Shown: piece after piece, positions 9,146 to 17,567 of the stretch
Layout: each line of letters opens with the position of its first letter
How positions within the stretch are numbered: position 1 is the first letter of the stretch
Assembly (NCBI GenBank): GCA_021782205.1
Contig: JAJXVH010000007.1
Span: forward strand, 5,514-69,513
Length of the DNA stretch: 64,000 nt
Source: a bacterium
Lineage (GTDB): Bacteria > Elusimicrobiota > Elusimicrobia > UBA1565 > UBA9628
Direction of reading: 5' to 3'
Notes under the pieces: generated by a model
Told to the model about the DNA's origin: nothing
The model's database searches: none
Seen by the model: the letters and a program-made list of their open reading frames with translations, nothing else
Made by a program: the position numbers and the translations under genes

Positions 9146-10415
9146 CGTTCCCGCGCGCATCGCCGCCGAACTGCCCGCGCTCGAGCGCATCGACCGCGAG
9201 AGCTTCGACGAGCCCAAGTGCTTCGACATCCTGCTCAACTACAACTGCTCGGCCAAGTGCCTGTTCTGCTCCCAGGACTTCGCGTGGCGCAAGGAGCCCA
9301 ACGACCTGCCCTTCGAGAAGGCCGTCGAGTTCATGTACATGGCCTACAAAAACGGCTACCGCCGCCTGGGATTTACCGGCGGCGAGCCGACGATCCGTCC
9401 GGAGCTGCCCAAGCTCATCGCGCTGGCCAAGAAGATCGGCTACGGCTACGTGCGCATCCAGACCAACGGCATCCGCATCGCCGATTACGCCTACGCGAAG
9501 ACCCTCGCCGACGCGGGCCTGACCTTCGTGAAGTACTCCCTGCACGGCCACAACGCGGAGCTTCACGACAAGCTGGTCGCGGTGCCCGGCGCCTTCGAAA
9601 AGAATCTGCGCTCCATCGAGAATCTTAAAAAATTGAACGTGGGCATCGGCGTCAACATCGTGCTCAACGATTGGAACTACCGCCACCTCGTGGAGTTCTA
9701 CGAGCTGTTCCTGCTCAAGCTCCAGCTCTCGAACTTCGTCATCATCGCTCCGCTCTACGAGGGCAACATGACCCTCAACGACAAGGAGGGCGCCAAGATC
9801 GGCGCGCGCCTGTCGGACATGGCACCCTACATTCGAAAGGCCTACGAGGTCTTCACCAAGATCAACTATCCCAAGCCGCCGCTTCTGCTCCATTTCACGC
9901 CCTGCGTTCTGCCCGGCTACGAGCAGCAGATGCTGGGCTGGTCGGCGTTCAACACCATGGTCGTCAATCCCAAGGGCGAGAAGCGCGACCTGGACATGAC
10001 CGCGCAGTCGCACACGACCAAGACCGAGGCGTGCAAAAAGTGCGTCTACAACGACCGCTGCATCGGCTGGGACTCAAGCTACGCGCGCGTGTTCGGCACC
10101 GATGAGATTGCGCCGCTTCTGGAGATTCCGGAGCGCTACGACGCGCCCACGCGTGGCCGGCCCGCGCACGAAGGCCGGGGCGGCGTGCTGACCGACAACG
10201 AGCAGTGCGTGCTGGAGGTGCTCAAGCGGCGCAATGATTTGACGACCAAGCAGTTCCTGGAGGTCGCCGAGTCCCTGCCCATCTGCAAGGACTGCAAGGA
10301 CGAGAACGCCGTGATGAACGCGGCGGAGACCTTGATCAAGATGGGCGTCGTCGAACGCCGGTTCGTCAAGGGCAAGTATCTCTGGTCGCGCAAGGCGGAG
10401 GTGCCCGCCACATGA
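9138..10415 (+). CDS. radical SAM protein with C-terminal CxxC winged-helix-like extension
   Basis: CSAKCLFC, TGGEPT, QTNG, CKKC-x5-CIG, tail LPICKDCKD; GTG start after GGGAGG. Confidence 0.9.
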   Translation: MADVPARIAAELPALERIDRESFDEPKCFDILLNYNCSAKCLFCSQDFAWRKEPNDLPFEKAVEFMYMAYKNGYRRLGFTGGEPTIRPELPKLIALAKKIGYGYVRIQTNGIRIADYAYAKTLADAGLTFVKYSLHGHNAELHDKLVAVPGAFEKNLRSIENLKKLNVGIGVNIVLNDWNYRHLVEFYELFLLKLQLSNFVIIAPLYEGNMTLNDKEGAKIGARLSDMAPYIRKAYEVFTKINYPKPPLLLHFTPCVLPGYEQQMLGWSAFNTMVVNPKGEKRDLDMTAQSHTTKTEACKKCVYNDRCIGWDSSYARVFGTDEIAPLLEIPERYDAPTRGRPAHEGRGGVLTDNEQCVLEVLKRRNDLTTKQFLEVAESLPICKDCKDENAVMNAAETLIKMGVVERRFVKGKYLWSRKAEVPAT

Positions 10416-11392
10416 GCGCGCGCGCCGAAAGCGGCTGGACGCCGCCGCCGGGCCGGACGCAGAAGTTGGTGCTGTTCACCGGCTTCTCCTGCTCCAGCCA
10501 CTGCCACTTCTGCATCGACCTCAACAAGCGCGACCTGCCCGACAAGTCCTCGCGGCAGATCGTCGAGGAGATGGTCCGCGCCAAGGCCGCGGGTGTGGAG
10601 TATCTGGAGATGATCGGCGGCGAGGCCACGATCCGCGGCGATTTCATCCCACTGGTGCGGACCGCCCGCAAGCTGGGCTTTAAAGACGTCGTCGTGGTGA
10701 CCAACGGCCGCATGTTCGCCGATCCCGCCTTCGCCCGGGCCACGGTCGAGGCCGGAGTCACCGACCTGGTCTTCTCCATCCACGGCCCCGACGCGAAGCT
10801 CCACGATGAGTTGACCTACGTGCCCGGCGCGTTCGACGAGTTGATCCAGGGCGTCGCCCACGTGCGCGCGGCGGGCCTTGCGCGCATCTTCGGCAACTGC
10901 ACCGTGGTCAAGCAGAACATGAAGCGCCTGCCGGAGATCGCGGCGCTGTTCTTGAAGCTGGCCATCCACCACGTCGAGTTCATTTTCGTGGACCCGACCT
11001 ACGGCGGTGCCTATACGAACTTCAACGGATTGGTGCCGCGCATCGCGGACGCCGCGCCGTACATGCGCGCGGCGCTGGACGTGGGCCGCCGCGGCGGCAC
11101 GCGCGACTTCGTGGTGCGCTACGTGCCGCTGTGCCACTTCACCGACTACCTGGACCAGGTCTCCGAGATCCGCGAGGTCGCGACCTTCCGCACCCGCCAC
11201 TGGGCGCCGGACTTCATCAACGATGACGTCGGCGCGGGGCGCGTGGCCGCGGGCCGCGCGAAGACGGAGCGTTGCGCGGGCTGCGCGCTGTACGATCGCT
11301 GTGAAGGAATTTGGCGGGAGTATTTGAATCGCTATGACGATTCTGAACTCATCTGCGTTGGAAAAGCGGCGACGGTCGGTGAGGATCGCTGA
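10412..11392 (+). CDS. radical SAM protein (HxsC-like)
   Basis: CSSHCHFC, GGEAT, TNGR, YVPLC, CAGC-x5-CEG. Confidence 0.9.
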   Translation: MSARAESGWTPPPGRTQKLVLFTGFSCSSHCHFCIDLNKRDLPDKSSRQIVEEMVRAKAAGVEYLEMIGGEATIRGDFIPLVRTARKLGFKDVVVVTNGRMFADPAFARATVEAGVTDLVFSIHGPDAKLHDELTYVPGAFDELIQGVAHVRAAGLARIFGNCTVVKQNMKRLPEIAALFLKLAIHHVEFIFVDPTYGGAYTNFNGLVPRIADAAPYMRAALDVGRRGGTRDFVVRYVPLCHFTDYLDQVSEIREVATFRTRHWAPDFINDDVGAGRVAAGRAKTERCAGCALYDRCEGIWREYLNRYDDSELICVGKAATVGEDR

Positions 11393-11393
11393 C

Positions 11394-12113
11394 ATGCGCC
11401 GCAAAGGCCGACTTGTACTCGCGTCCTATGGCCTCAACGATCGGCAGATGACTATTGAGACTTTGGTCGCCTTGCGCGAGTGCGATTTAATTTACAGCGA
11501 GTCTTTGGATGGAGATTCACGGGCGTCTCTTGAGCGGACGTGTCCTCCCATCATTTCTCTGCGGGATATTGCACCGGACGACGTCACGGATTTGTTGATC
11601 TCGGAGGTGCGCAAAGGGAAGAATGTCGCGTACCTGACTTACGGAGATCCCGGGATTTTAAGTCCTTGCGAACGGTTCGTTTCGCGATGTGAAAAGGAAA
11701 AAATAGAATATCGCCTGTATCCGGCGATTTCTTCCCTCAACGTGCTTCTCTGGCAGGAAAAACTAATCAAGTCCGGCGCGGCCGGCGTCTTGTTGAGTTG
11801 GGTGGGCGCGGAAATCCGCGCGTTCTGCATCGATATTCCGGCGCTTGTTTTTCTTTTTGGAGTGAAGCCGTTCAACAGCGCAAGCGTGGCGAGTCTGATC
11901 GTGAATATTCAGCGCGCTTATCCGTCGGATCATGTCGTGGAGGTGCTCTCGTACGCGGCATCGACCCCGGATAACCCGCGCCGAAGAAAATACGCCGTGA
12001 GCGAGCTGGCGCGAGCATGGCGGGAGGCGGATAATCAGAGCACGCTCTACCTTCCCGCGGTCGGTCGTCGGGTAGCGAAGGCCCGTAAGCGGGTACGAGG
12101 CGGACATGCCTGA
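11394..12113 (+). CDS. SAM-dependent methyltransferase, tetrapyrrole-methylase fold, borosin-like
   Basis: GRLVLASYG, QMTIETL, EVRKGKNVAYLTYGDPG, PAISS, YPSDHVV, STLYLP. Confidence 0.72.
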   Translation: MRRKGRLVLASYGLNDRQMTIETLVALRECDLIYSESLDGDSRASLERTCPPIISLRDIAPDDVTDLLISEVRKGKNVAYLTYGDPGILSPCERFVSRCEKEKIEYRLYPAISSLNVLLWQEKLIKSGAAGVLLSWVGAEIRAFCIDIPALVFLFGVKPFNSASVASLIVNIQRAYPSDHVVEVLSYAASTPDNPRRRKYAVSELARAWREADNQSTLYLPAVGRRVAKARKRVRGGHA

Positions 12114-13065
12114 TTTTCCGATCTGGCCGCAATGCAATATCGCCTGCGTTTTCTGCTCCAACCCGACGGAGGGTTATCGCGAGACGACAGGGATGTATTC
12201 TTACGAAGAACTCAAGAAAAAGGTCGAGGACTACAAGCGCGGCCTACAGACTTTCGTTAAATTCGACGAGGTCGGCGACTACTTCAATCTAACCGGCGGC
12301 GAGCCGACGATCCATCCTGAATTTCTGAGGGTGCTCGCCTTGATCCGAACGGAATTCCCCGCGAACCTGATCCGCCTGCTGTCCAACGGCCGGATGTTCG
12401 CCGAAGCGAATTTCGCGCGCCGCACCTGCGGCATCGTCGGCCTGCCGTTCGAGATCGCTGTGCCGATGTTCGGCGGCGACGCTCGCAGCCACGAGGCAAT
12501 CTCGCGCACGCCGCTTTCTTTCCAGCAGACCGTTCAGGGTCTGCGGAATTTAGCCAAGCATCGTCTTCCCGGCCAGAAGGTTGAGATCCGGATCATCATG
12601 ACGAAAGTTCAGGCGCGCTTTTTAGGCGGCTTGCTCGAGCTCTTGCTGGCTGAATTCGCATGGGTCGATCGCGTGGTGTTCCTGTTCGAAGAGATCGAGG
12701 GCTTCGCCGAACACTACAAGGATCGGCTGGTTTTCACTCAGAGCGAATGCGCCTCCGTCATCGATCGACATTTCGATATGCTTTCGAGGTTTAGGGAGGT
12801 GCGGCTGTACCATTTTTCGCTTTGTACCACGCCGACGCGGCTGTGGCCCTACGTTTGGCGCACCCTGGCCGGATTTAAAGTGACCTGGCTGGACGGTTGC
12901 CGCACCCGTTGCCTTTACCGCGAACAGTGCGTCGGCGTGCATCGATCCTACGAACGTCACGCGGGCGCTCCCGACATCTCGCCGATTCTGGAGAGGCGTC
13001 CGGTCGAGCTTTCTGGCGATCCCTACCATCCGATCAGGGCGGTCAATGACCCGACTTCGCTCTAA
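12106..13065 (+). CDS. radical SAM protein (HxsC-like)
   Basis: CNIACVFCSNP, TGGEPT, SNGR, HFSLC, CRTRC-x5-CVG. Confidence 0.88.
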   Translation: MPDFPIWPQCNIACVFCSNPTEGYRETTGMYSYEELKKKVEDYKRGLQTFVKFDEVGDYFNLTGGEPTIHPEFLRVLALIRTEFPANLIRLLSNGRMFAEANFARRTCGIVGLPFEIAVPMFGGDARSHEAISRTPLSFQQTVQGLRNLAKHRLPGQKVEIRIIMTKVQARFLGGLLELLLAEFAWVDRVVFLFEEIEGFAEHYKDRLVFTQSECASVIDRHFDMLSRFREVRLYHFSLCTTPTRLWPYVWRTLAGFKVTWLDGCRTRCLYREQCVGVHRSYERHAGAPDISPILERRPVELSGDPYHPIRAVNDPTSL

Positions 13066-13480
13066 GTGTGTCCGCGTGCGTGCGCCGGAACACGTGGATC
13101 GCCGCGCATTCTTGGATGCGTGCGGCCGAATGACCGATGACGCCTGGGTGCGCCTGGATGAGCGAAACGGACGACTCACGGCGGTGCTGACGCCCCGCGT
13201 CGGGTCCGGTGTGGGATTGGTCGCGCGCTGGCGCCGTGAATACGAATCGGCCGCAACGCGCTGCCTGTTTTTGGCCGAGCAGCGCGTTTTGAACGCGGCG
13301 GTCATGTCTCGGGCGCTGGAATTGGCCCAGCATGTGGACGCGCGACGGCAAAGGCCGTTGCCGGAGTTGTCGCCGGAGCGTCGCGCCGAGATTTCGGCCT
13401 TGTTGGCCGAGGCGGACGCCGCTCCCAAGGATCCTCTCGGCATCACGAGGCCGTGGTCGGATCGTGGGAGCCGCGATTGA
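13046..13480 (+). CDS. divergent HxsD-like protein
   Basis: ELSPERRAEISALLAE...DPLGITRPW parallels the C-terminus of 14993-15568. Confidence 0.55.
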   Translation: MTRLRSKCVRVRAPEHVDRRAFLDACGRMTDDAWVRLDERNGRLTAVLTPRVGSGVGLVARWRREYESAATRCLFLAEQRVLNAAVMSRALELAQHVDARRQRPLPELSPERRAEISALLAEADAAPKDPLGITRPWSDRGSRD

Positions 13481-13857
13481 GGCGCGCTTCGGCGTCTCTG
13501 CCGCGGTCGCTTTATCGGCGCGCCGACCTTGCCGCCGCGGCGGATTGGTTGGGGGGGCGCGTTCAGGCCAGGCTTCTTTCTCGTGGCCAGCGCTGGCACC
13601 TTTCCATTTTGACCGACGCCGGATTGGATGCTCGCGCGGCCCTGGCGGAGATGCTCAATGAGGCGCTGTTGCGGGGCTTACGCGAAATGCGGCTTAAAGA
13701 GGTCGGCCCGCTGGCCGCCGCCGTGGCCGGACGCATGCTCGATCATGGGTTTCCCTCGGACCCGGCGGACCCGTTGGAGGAAATGGAACCGCAGGTCCGC
13801 GCCGACCGCAGGCGAGAAACTCAAGCGCTTATAGAGCGGGCTCGGGGCATACCGTGA
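13477..13857 (+). CDS. divergent HxsD-like protein
   Basis: PRSLY and EMLNEALLRGLR parallel PRRLY and EFLNELLNQEQR of 17097-17567; TTG start overlapping the upstream stop (ORF open from 13453). Confidence 0.5.
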   Translation: MRRASASLPRSLYRRADLAAAADWLGGRVQARLLSRGQRWHLSILTDAGLDARAALAEMLNEALLRGLREMRLKEVGPLAAAVAGRMLDHGFPSDPADPLEEMEPQVRADRRRETQALIERARGIP

Positions 13858-14945
13858 CCTCGCGCCCCCCGCCTGGCGGAGGCGAGGCCGTCCCGGAATT
13901 ACCGGATGTCGACGCGTTGGCGCGCGCGCTTGTCGCCACCGGAGTGCTCAACTGGACGGGACCTCTAACGCATGTTATTGTCGCATCCCGGGGAGCCGTC
14001 GGCATGTCGCCGGAAATGGCCCGGGCCGCCGTCGATTTCGCCTTTTCCACGCCGCGACCGACGATTCGTTTGGAGATCGTCGGTGCGGAGGGAGCCGGGC
14101 GTCAAGCGGGGTGGCTGGCGGTGGAATACGCGCGCCGAAAAGCGGAATGGAGAGGGCGGGGGTTGGCCTTGTCCTGGCGGACAGCGCGTCGACCCGCCGC
14201 GGAACAGTCGGCTTGGTTGGCCGCAAACCGTGTGGAAGTCGTGGCGGACGTGAGGGCCGTGGGCGGGCCGGAGCGTTCGCAGTTGTTTCCAGCCGCGCGC
14301 GCTCGCGTGCGGCTGGCGCGTGGGGCCGCGTGCCCCGAAAGTTGGATCGACGCCCTCGCGTCGTTGGGCGTTTCCCAGGTCTCGTGGGAGCCTGATGTCG
14401 TTGCTACGGATTGGCCAGCCCCTGGTTCGGCGCGCCGCGCGGCGAAGTTCGCGGCAAGGGCATTGGCGCGGCTCATTGAGACGCATGAACGTTCGGGCCT
14501 GCGCGACGAACGCGCCGTCGCGTTGCTTTCCTTTCGGCCTTGGGAAATTCCGGGAACGGATCTTCTGTCGACTCTCGCCTATTCGCCGGAGGGGGGAATC
14601 TACTCGTCGGAAGCGGGTTATCGACGGGCTGAAGAGGAGAACAATTCGAGGCGTTTGGGCTTTTTCGAAGTGACGCGGTTCTCTCAATTCGCTTCAATGC
14701 CGACGGTTCAAGCCATCCTTGCTGCCGCGTGGCGAGCCGGCCATCCAGAGTGTTCCGATTGCCCTTACAGGGAACAGTGTTCGCTGCCATGGTCTCGGAA
14801 ATCCTGCGGCAGAGGCGGTCCGGCTCACGCCTGGTGTGCGTTGCACACCGCCTTGATGCGTGGCATTTTTTCATATCCCGATCGCGAAAAATGTATAAGT
14901 GCATTGAATAAATGGGGCGTTGACATTTCTCGGATCGCCTGGTAA
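13854..14945 (+). CDS. degenerate HxsB-like protein lacking the radical SAM CxxxCxxC motif
   Basis: MSPEMARAAVDFAFS, LAYSPEGGIYSSE, CSDCPYREQC...WC match the HxsB copies downstream; the cluster loop and GGEP are absent. Confidence 0.7.
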   Translation: MTSRPPPGGGEAVPELPDVDALARALVATGVLNWTGPLTHVIVASRGAVGMSPEMARAAVDFAFSTPRPTIRLEIVGAEGAGRQAGWLAVEYARRKAEWRGRGLALSWRTARRPAAEQSAWLAANRVEVVADVRAVGGPERSQLFPAARARVRLARGAACPESWIDALASLGVSQVSWEPDVVATDWPAPGSARRAAKFAARALARLIETHERSGLRDERAVALLSFRPWEIPGTDLLSTLAYSPEGGIYSSEAGYRRAEEENNSRRLGFFEVTRFSQFASMPTVQAILAAAWRAGHPECSDCPYREQCSLPWSRKSCGRGGPAHAWCALHTALMRGIFSYPDREKCISALNKWGVDISRIAW

Positions 14946-14948
14946 GAT
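14920..14948 (+). promoter_or_regulatory. sigma70-type promoter
   Basis: TTGACA (14920) - 17 bp - TAAGAT (14943) with extended TG, upstream of ATG 14993. Confidence 0.72.
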
Positions 14949-14992
14949 CAGTAGAGGTCGTATTTTGCTACCTTATTTGCGGCCAGGCGCTC

Positions 14993-15568
14993 ATGAGAAA
15001 ATCAATAAAAAAATCACGTAAAATATTGAAGAAAAATCCGCGAGCGCGCAAAATCCGACCCGGCGGCGCGCGGGCGTCGGATGTGTGCGTGGTTCTGGAC
15101 GCGCGTCGGGACGGTGTCGATGAGATATATTCGGCCGCCTATCTCATGATCGATAGAGCCTATGTGCTCCTCGAAGGTGACCCCAAAAAATCTATGCGCG
15201 TGACGTTACGTCCCAGAGATGTTCGCACGAAGGCCTCGCTGACGGCGGTGCGAAGCGATTTTATGTCGGAATTGGCCGCTCAACGGGTGCGCTGGTCCAT
15301 AACGCGCAATAATCAGTCGATCCGCGAATACATCGCGGAAAACGCGCTGTCGCTGGCCGCGGAGTTTGGCGCGCGGTCAGAGGTCGCTGAACCGTCTGCG
15401 GCCGCAGAGCAACTCACCCCGGACCAGCGCGCCGAGATCGAAAAGCTGATCGCCGAAGTGGAAACCGAAATCAAGGCGATGAATGAGCAGAAGCCGGCGA
15501 CCGATCCCAAGGCCGCAGTCGCTCCTTGGGAGGCAGGCCGTTTGCCCGGCGGAGAAAACCCCGCGTGA
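14993..15568 (+). CDS. hxsD: His-Xaa-Ser system protein HxsD-like
   Basis: IYSAAYLMIDRAYVLLEGD, FMSEL, IREYI, DPxxxxxPWE; precedes an hxsB-like gene. Confidence 0.75.
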   Translation: MRKSIKKSRKILKKNPRARKIRPGGARASDVCVVLDARRDGVDEIYSAAYLMIDRAYVLLEGDPKKSMRVTLRPRDVRTKASLTAVRSDFMSELAAQRVRWSITRNNQSIREYIAENALSLAAEFGARSEVAEPSAAAEQLTPDQRAEIEKLIAEVETEIKAMNEQKPATDPKAAVAPWEAGRLPGGENPA

Positions 15569-17100
15569 GCCGCTTGAGCGCGTTGCCTGCGAGCCTCCGA
15601 CCCGAAACGAGCGGCCTCGGGCCCTTAAATTTTAGGAATTTCGGCGATTGGGGCCTGCTGACCAATGATTGGGGCCGCTGGCTGATGCTCGACAAGAATG
15701 ATTTTTCGCGAGTCCTGTCGGGCGACGTGAAAGCCGGTGAGCCCCTGCATCAGCAACTCGCGCAGCGGGGCTTCCTGCGTGAGGCCATGAACTTTCCGGA
15801 ATTGGCCGCGTCTTATCAAAAGTTGACGTCATTCCGTCTGATTTCGGGCCCCAGCCTGCATATGATCGTCGTGACCTTGCGCTGCAACCAAAAGTGCCTC
15901 TACTGCCATTCCAGCGTGGTCGATCCCTCCCGGACCGACACGGACATGGACTTGGAGACGGCCAAGCGCACGGTTGACTTTATTTTCGCGACGCCGAATC
16001 CCGCCCTCTGCATCGAATTCCAGGGTGGAGAGCCGCTGTTGAATTGGCCCGTTGTGAAGTTCGTCGTCCAATACGCGAAAGCGAAGGCCAAGGAGCAGAA
16101 CCGACGCCTCCTTCTGGCGCTCGTCAATAATTTCACATTGATGACCGACGACAAGCTTCAATTCTTGATTGATCACGGCGTCTCCATCTGCACATCCCTT
16201 GACGGCCCGGCCGATCTGCACAACAAAAACCGCCCGTTTCTGGGCGGAGGGGAGGCTCAGCCGAAAGTGGTCGGTTGGGTTCGGCGCATCATGGACCTGG
16301 CCAGCACCGACGATTTGCGTAAGCCGTATCTGCCGAGCGCTCTGATGACGACGACGCGCTTCTCCTTGGGACGCGGCAAAGAGATCGTCGACCTGTACCG
16401 GGACCTCGGCATGGAGCAGATTTTTCTTCGTCCGCTGTCTCCGATCGGCTATGCCAAGCGCGTCTGGCATGAAATCGGTTACGAGCCCGAAGACTTTCTG
16501 CGCTTCTATGCGGAGACCCTCGATTACATTCTCGAGCTCAATCGCAAGAACCCGGACGAAATCATGGAGCGCTTTACGCTGGTGTTGTTGACGAAGATCC
16601 TCAAAGGTGAGGATCCCGGCTTCATGGATCTGCGCTGGCCCTCCGGCGCCGTGCTGGGCGCCCTCGCCTATAATTACGACGGGCGCATCTTCGTCAGCGA
16701 CGAGGGCCGGATGGTCGATCATCAGGGCGATCCGATCTTTCAAGTCGGCGACGTCGCGCGTGATTCTTGGCAAGACGTGCTCGACCACCCGACCGCGCGG
16801 GCGTGCGCGGCCGCTTCCACTCTGGAGGCCCAGCCGATGTGCGCCCAGTGCGCCTACAAGCCATGGTGCGGGGTGGAGCCCGTCTTCCATTACGAAATGC
16901 AGAGGTCGATTGCCGGACGTATGCCGGACAGCCCGTGGTGCCGCGTTCACATGGGGGAATTCGACATCGTCATGCAGCGGCTGCGCGATCCGAGCAGCCG
17001 CGCCGTTTTCGACCGATGGCTCGAGCGGGACCTTTGCCACTGGCAAGAAAACGACCCGGTCCTGGTGCCCGGCCAGCCCATTCCGGAGGCTTTGCGATGA
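15565..17100 (+). CDS. hxsB: His-Xaa-Ser system radical SAM maturase HxsB
   Basis: LLTNDWGRW N-terminal RRE-like region, PSLHMIVVTLRCNQKCLYC, IEFQGGEPLLN, TSLDGP, LAYNYDG, SDEGRM, CAQCAYKPWC. Confidence 0.9.
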   Translation: MSRLSALPASLRPETSGLGPLNFRNFGDWGLLTNDWGRWLMLDKNDFSRVLSGDVKAGEPLHQQLAQRGFLREAMNFPELAASYQKLTSFRLISGPSLHMIVVTLRCNQKCLYCHSSVVDPSRTDTDMDLETAKRTVDFIFATPNPALCIEFQGGEPLLNWPVVKFVVQYAKAKAKEQNRRLLLALVNNFTLMTDDKLQFLIDHGVSICTSLDGPADLHNKNRPFLGGGEAQPKVVGWVRRIMDLASTDDLRKPYLPSALMTTTRFSLGRGKEIVDLYRDLGMEQIFLRPLSPIGYAKRVWHEIGYEPEDFLRFYAETLDYILELNRKNPDEIMERFTLVLLTKILKGEDPGFMDLRWPSGAVLGALAYNYDGRIFVSDEGRMVDHQGDPIFQVGDVARDSWQDVLDHPTARACAAASTLEAQPMCAQCAYKPWCGVEPVFHYEMQRSIAGRMPDSPWCRVHMGEFDIVMQRLRDPSSRAVFDRWLERDLCHWQENDPVLVPGQPIPEALR

Positions 17101-17567
17101 TGAAAATTAAAGTGGATATCAAAGAGCGCCGCGCCATCGTGCGCGCGCCGCGACGTCTCTACTCGGAGGATGCCGTTCGGATCGCCGCGCATGTCTTTGA
17201 ATCGCAGGCGGAGATTTATCACGACCAGACCGGAAGCGAGCATGTCCTGACCCTTGTCGCTCGGCGCAAGGATTGGGAGGACCTGCGTTTGGAAGCGCTC
17301 GGCGGCGAGTTTCTTAACGAGTTGCTGAATCAGGAACAACGGATGCGCGTGGCGCGTTTCAACCGGCGCATCTCGGAGCGCATCGTCGCTCAGGCCCTCC
17401 TGGCGGCGCGCGGCGGAGAAAATCCCGCGCCCAGGCAAGAGGACTCTCCGGAACTGCGGGCCGAGGCCGCCCGCCTCATGGCGGCCGCCGCCGATGAGAT
17501 CCGCCGCACCATGCCCGCGCGCATTGCGCCGCAAGGACCGCCCATGCGCGCGCCGGAGCCCGCGTGA
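17097..17567 (+). CDS. HxsD-like protein
   Basis: LYSEDAVRIAAHVF, GEFLNELLNQEQR, RIVAQAL. Confidence 0.7.
   Translation: MMKIKVDIKERRAIVRAPRRLYSEDAVRIAAHVFESQAEIYHDQTGSEHVLTLVARRKDWEDLRLEALGGEFLNELLNQEQRMRVARFNRRISERIVAQALLAARGGENPAPRQEDSPELRAEAARLMAAAADEIRRTMPARIAPQGPPMRAPEPA

Noticed and set aside
11394-12113. Cobalamin/siroheme biosynthesis role for the methylase-fold genes
   Set aside because: No other cob/cbi/cysG genes in the window; motifs fit the borosin branch better
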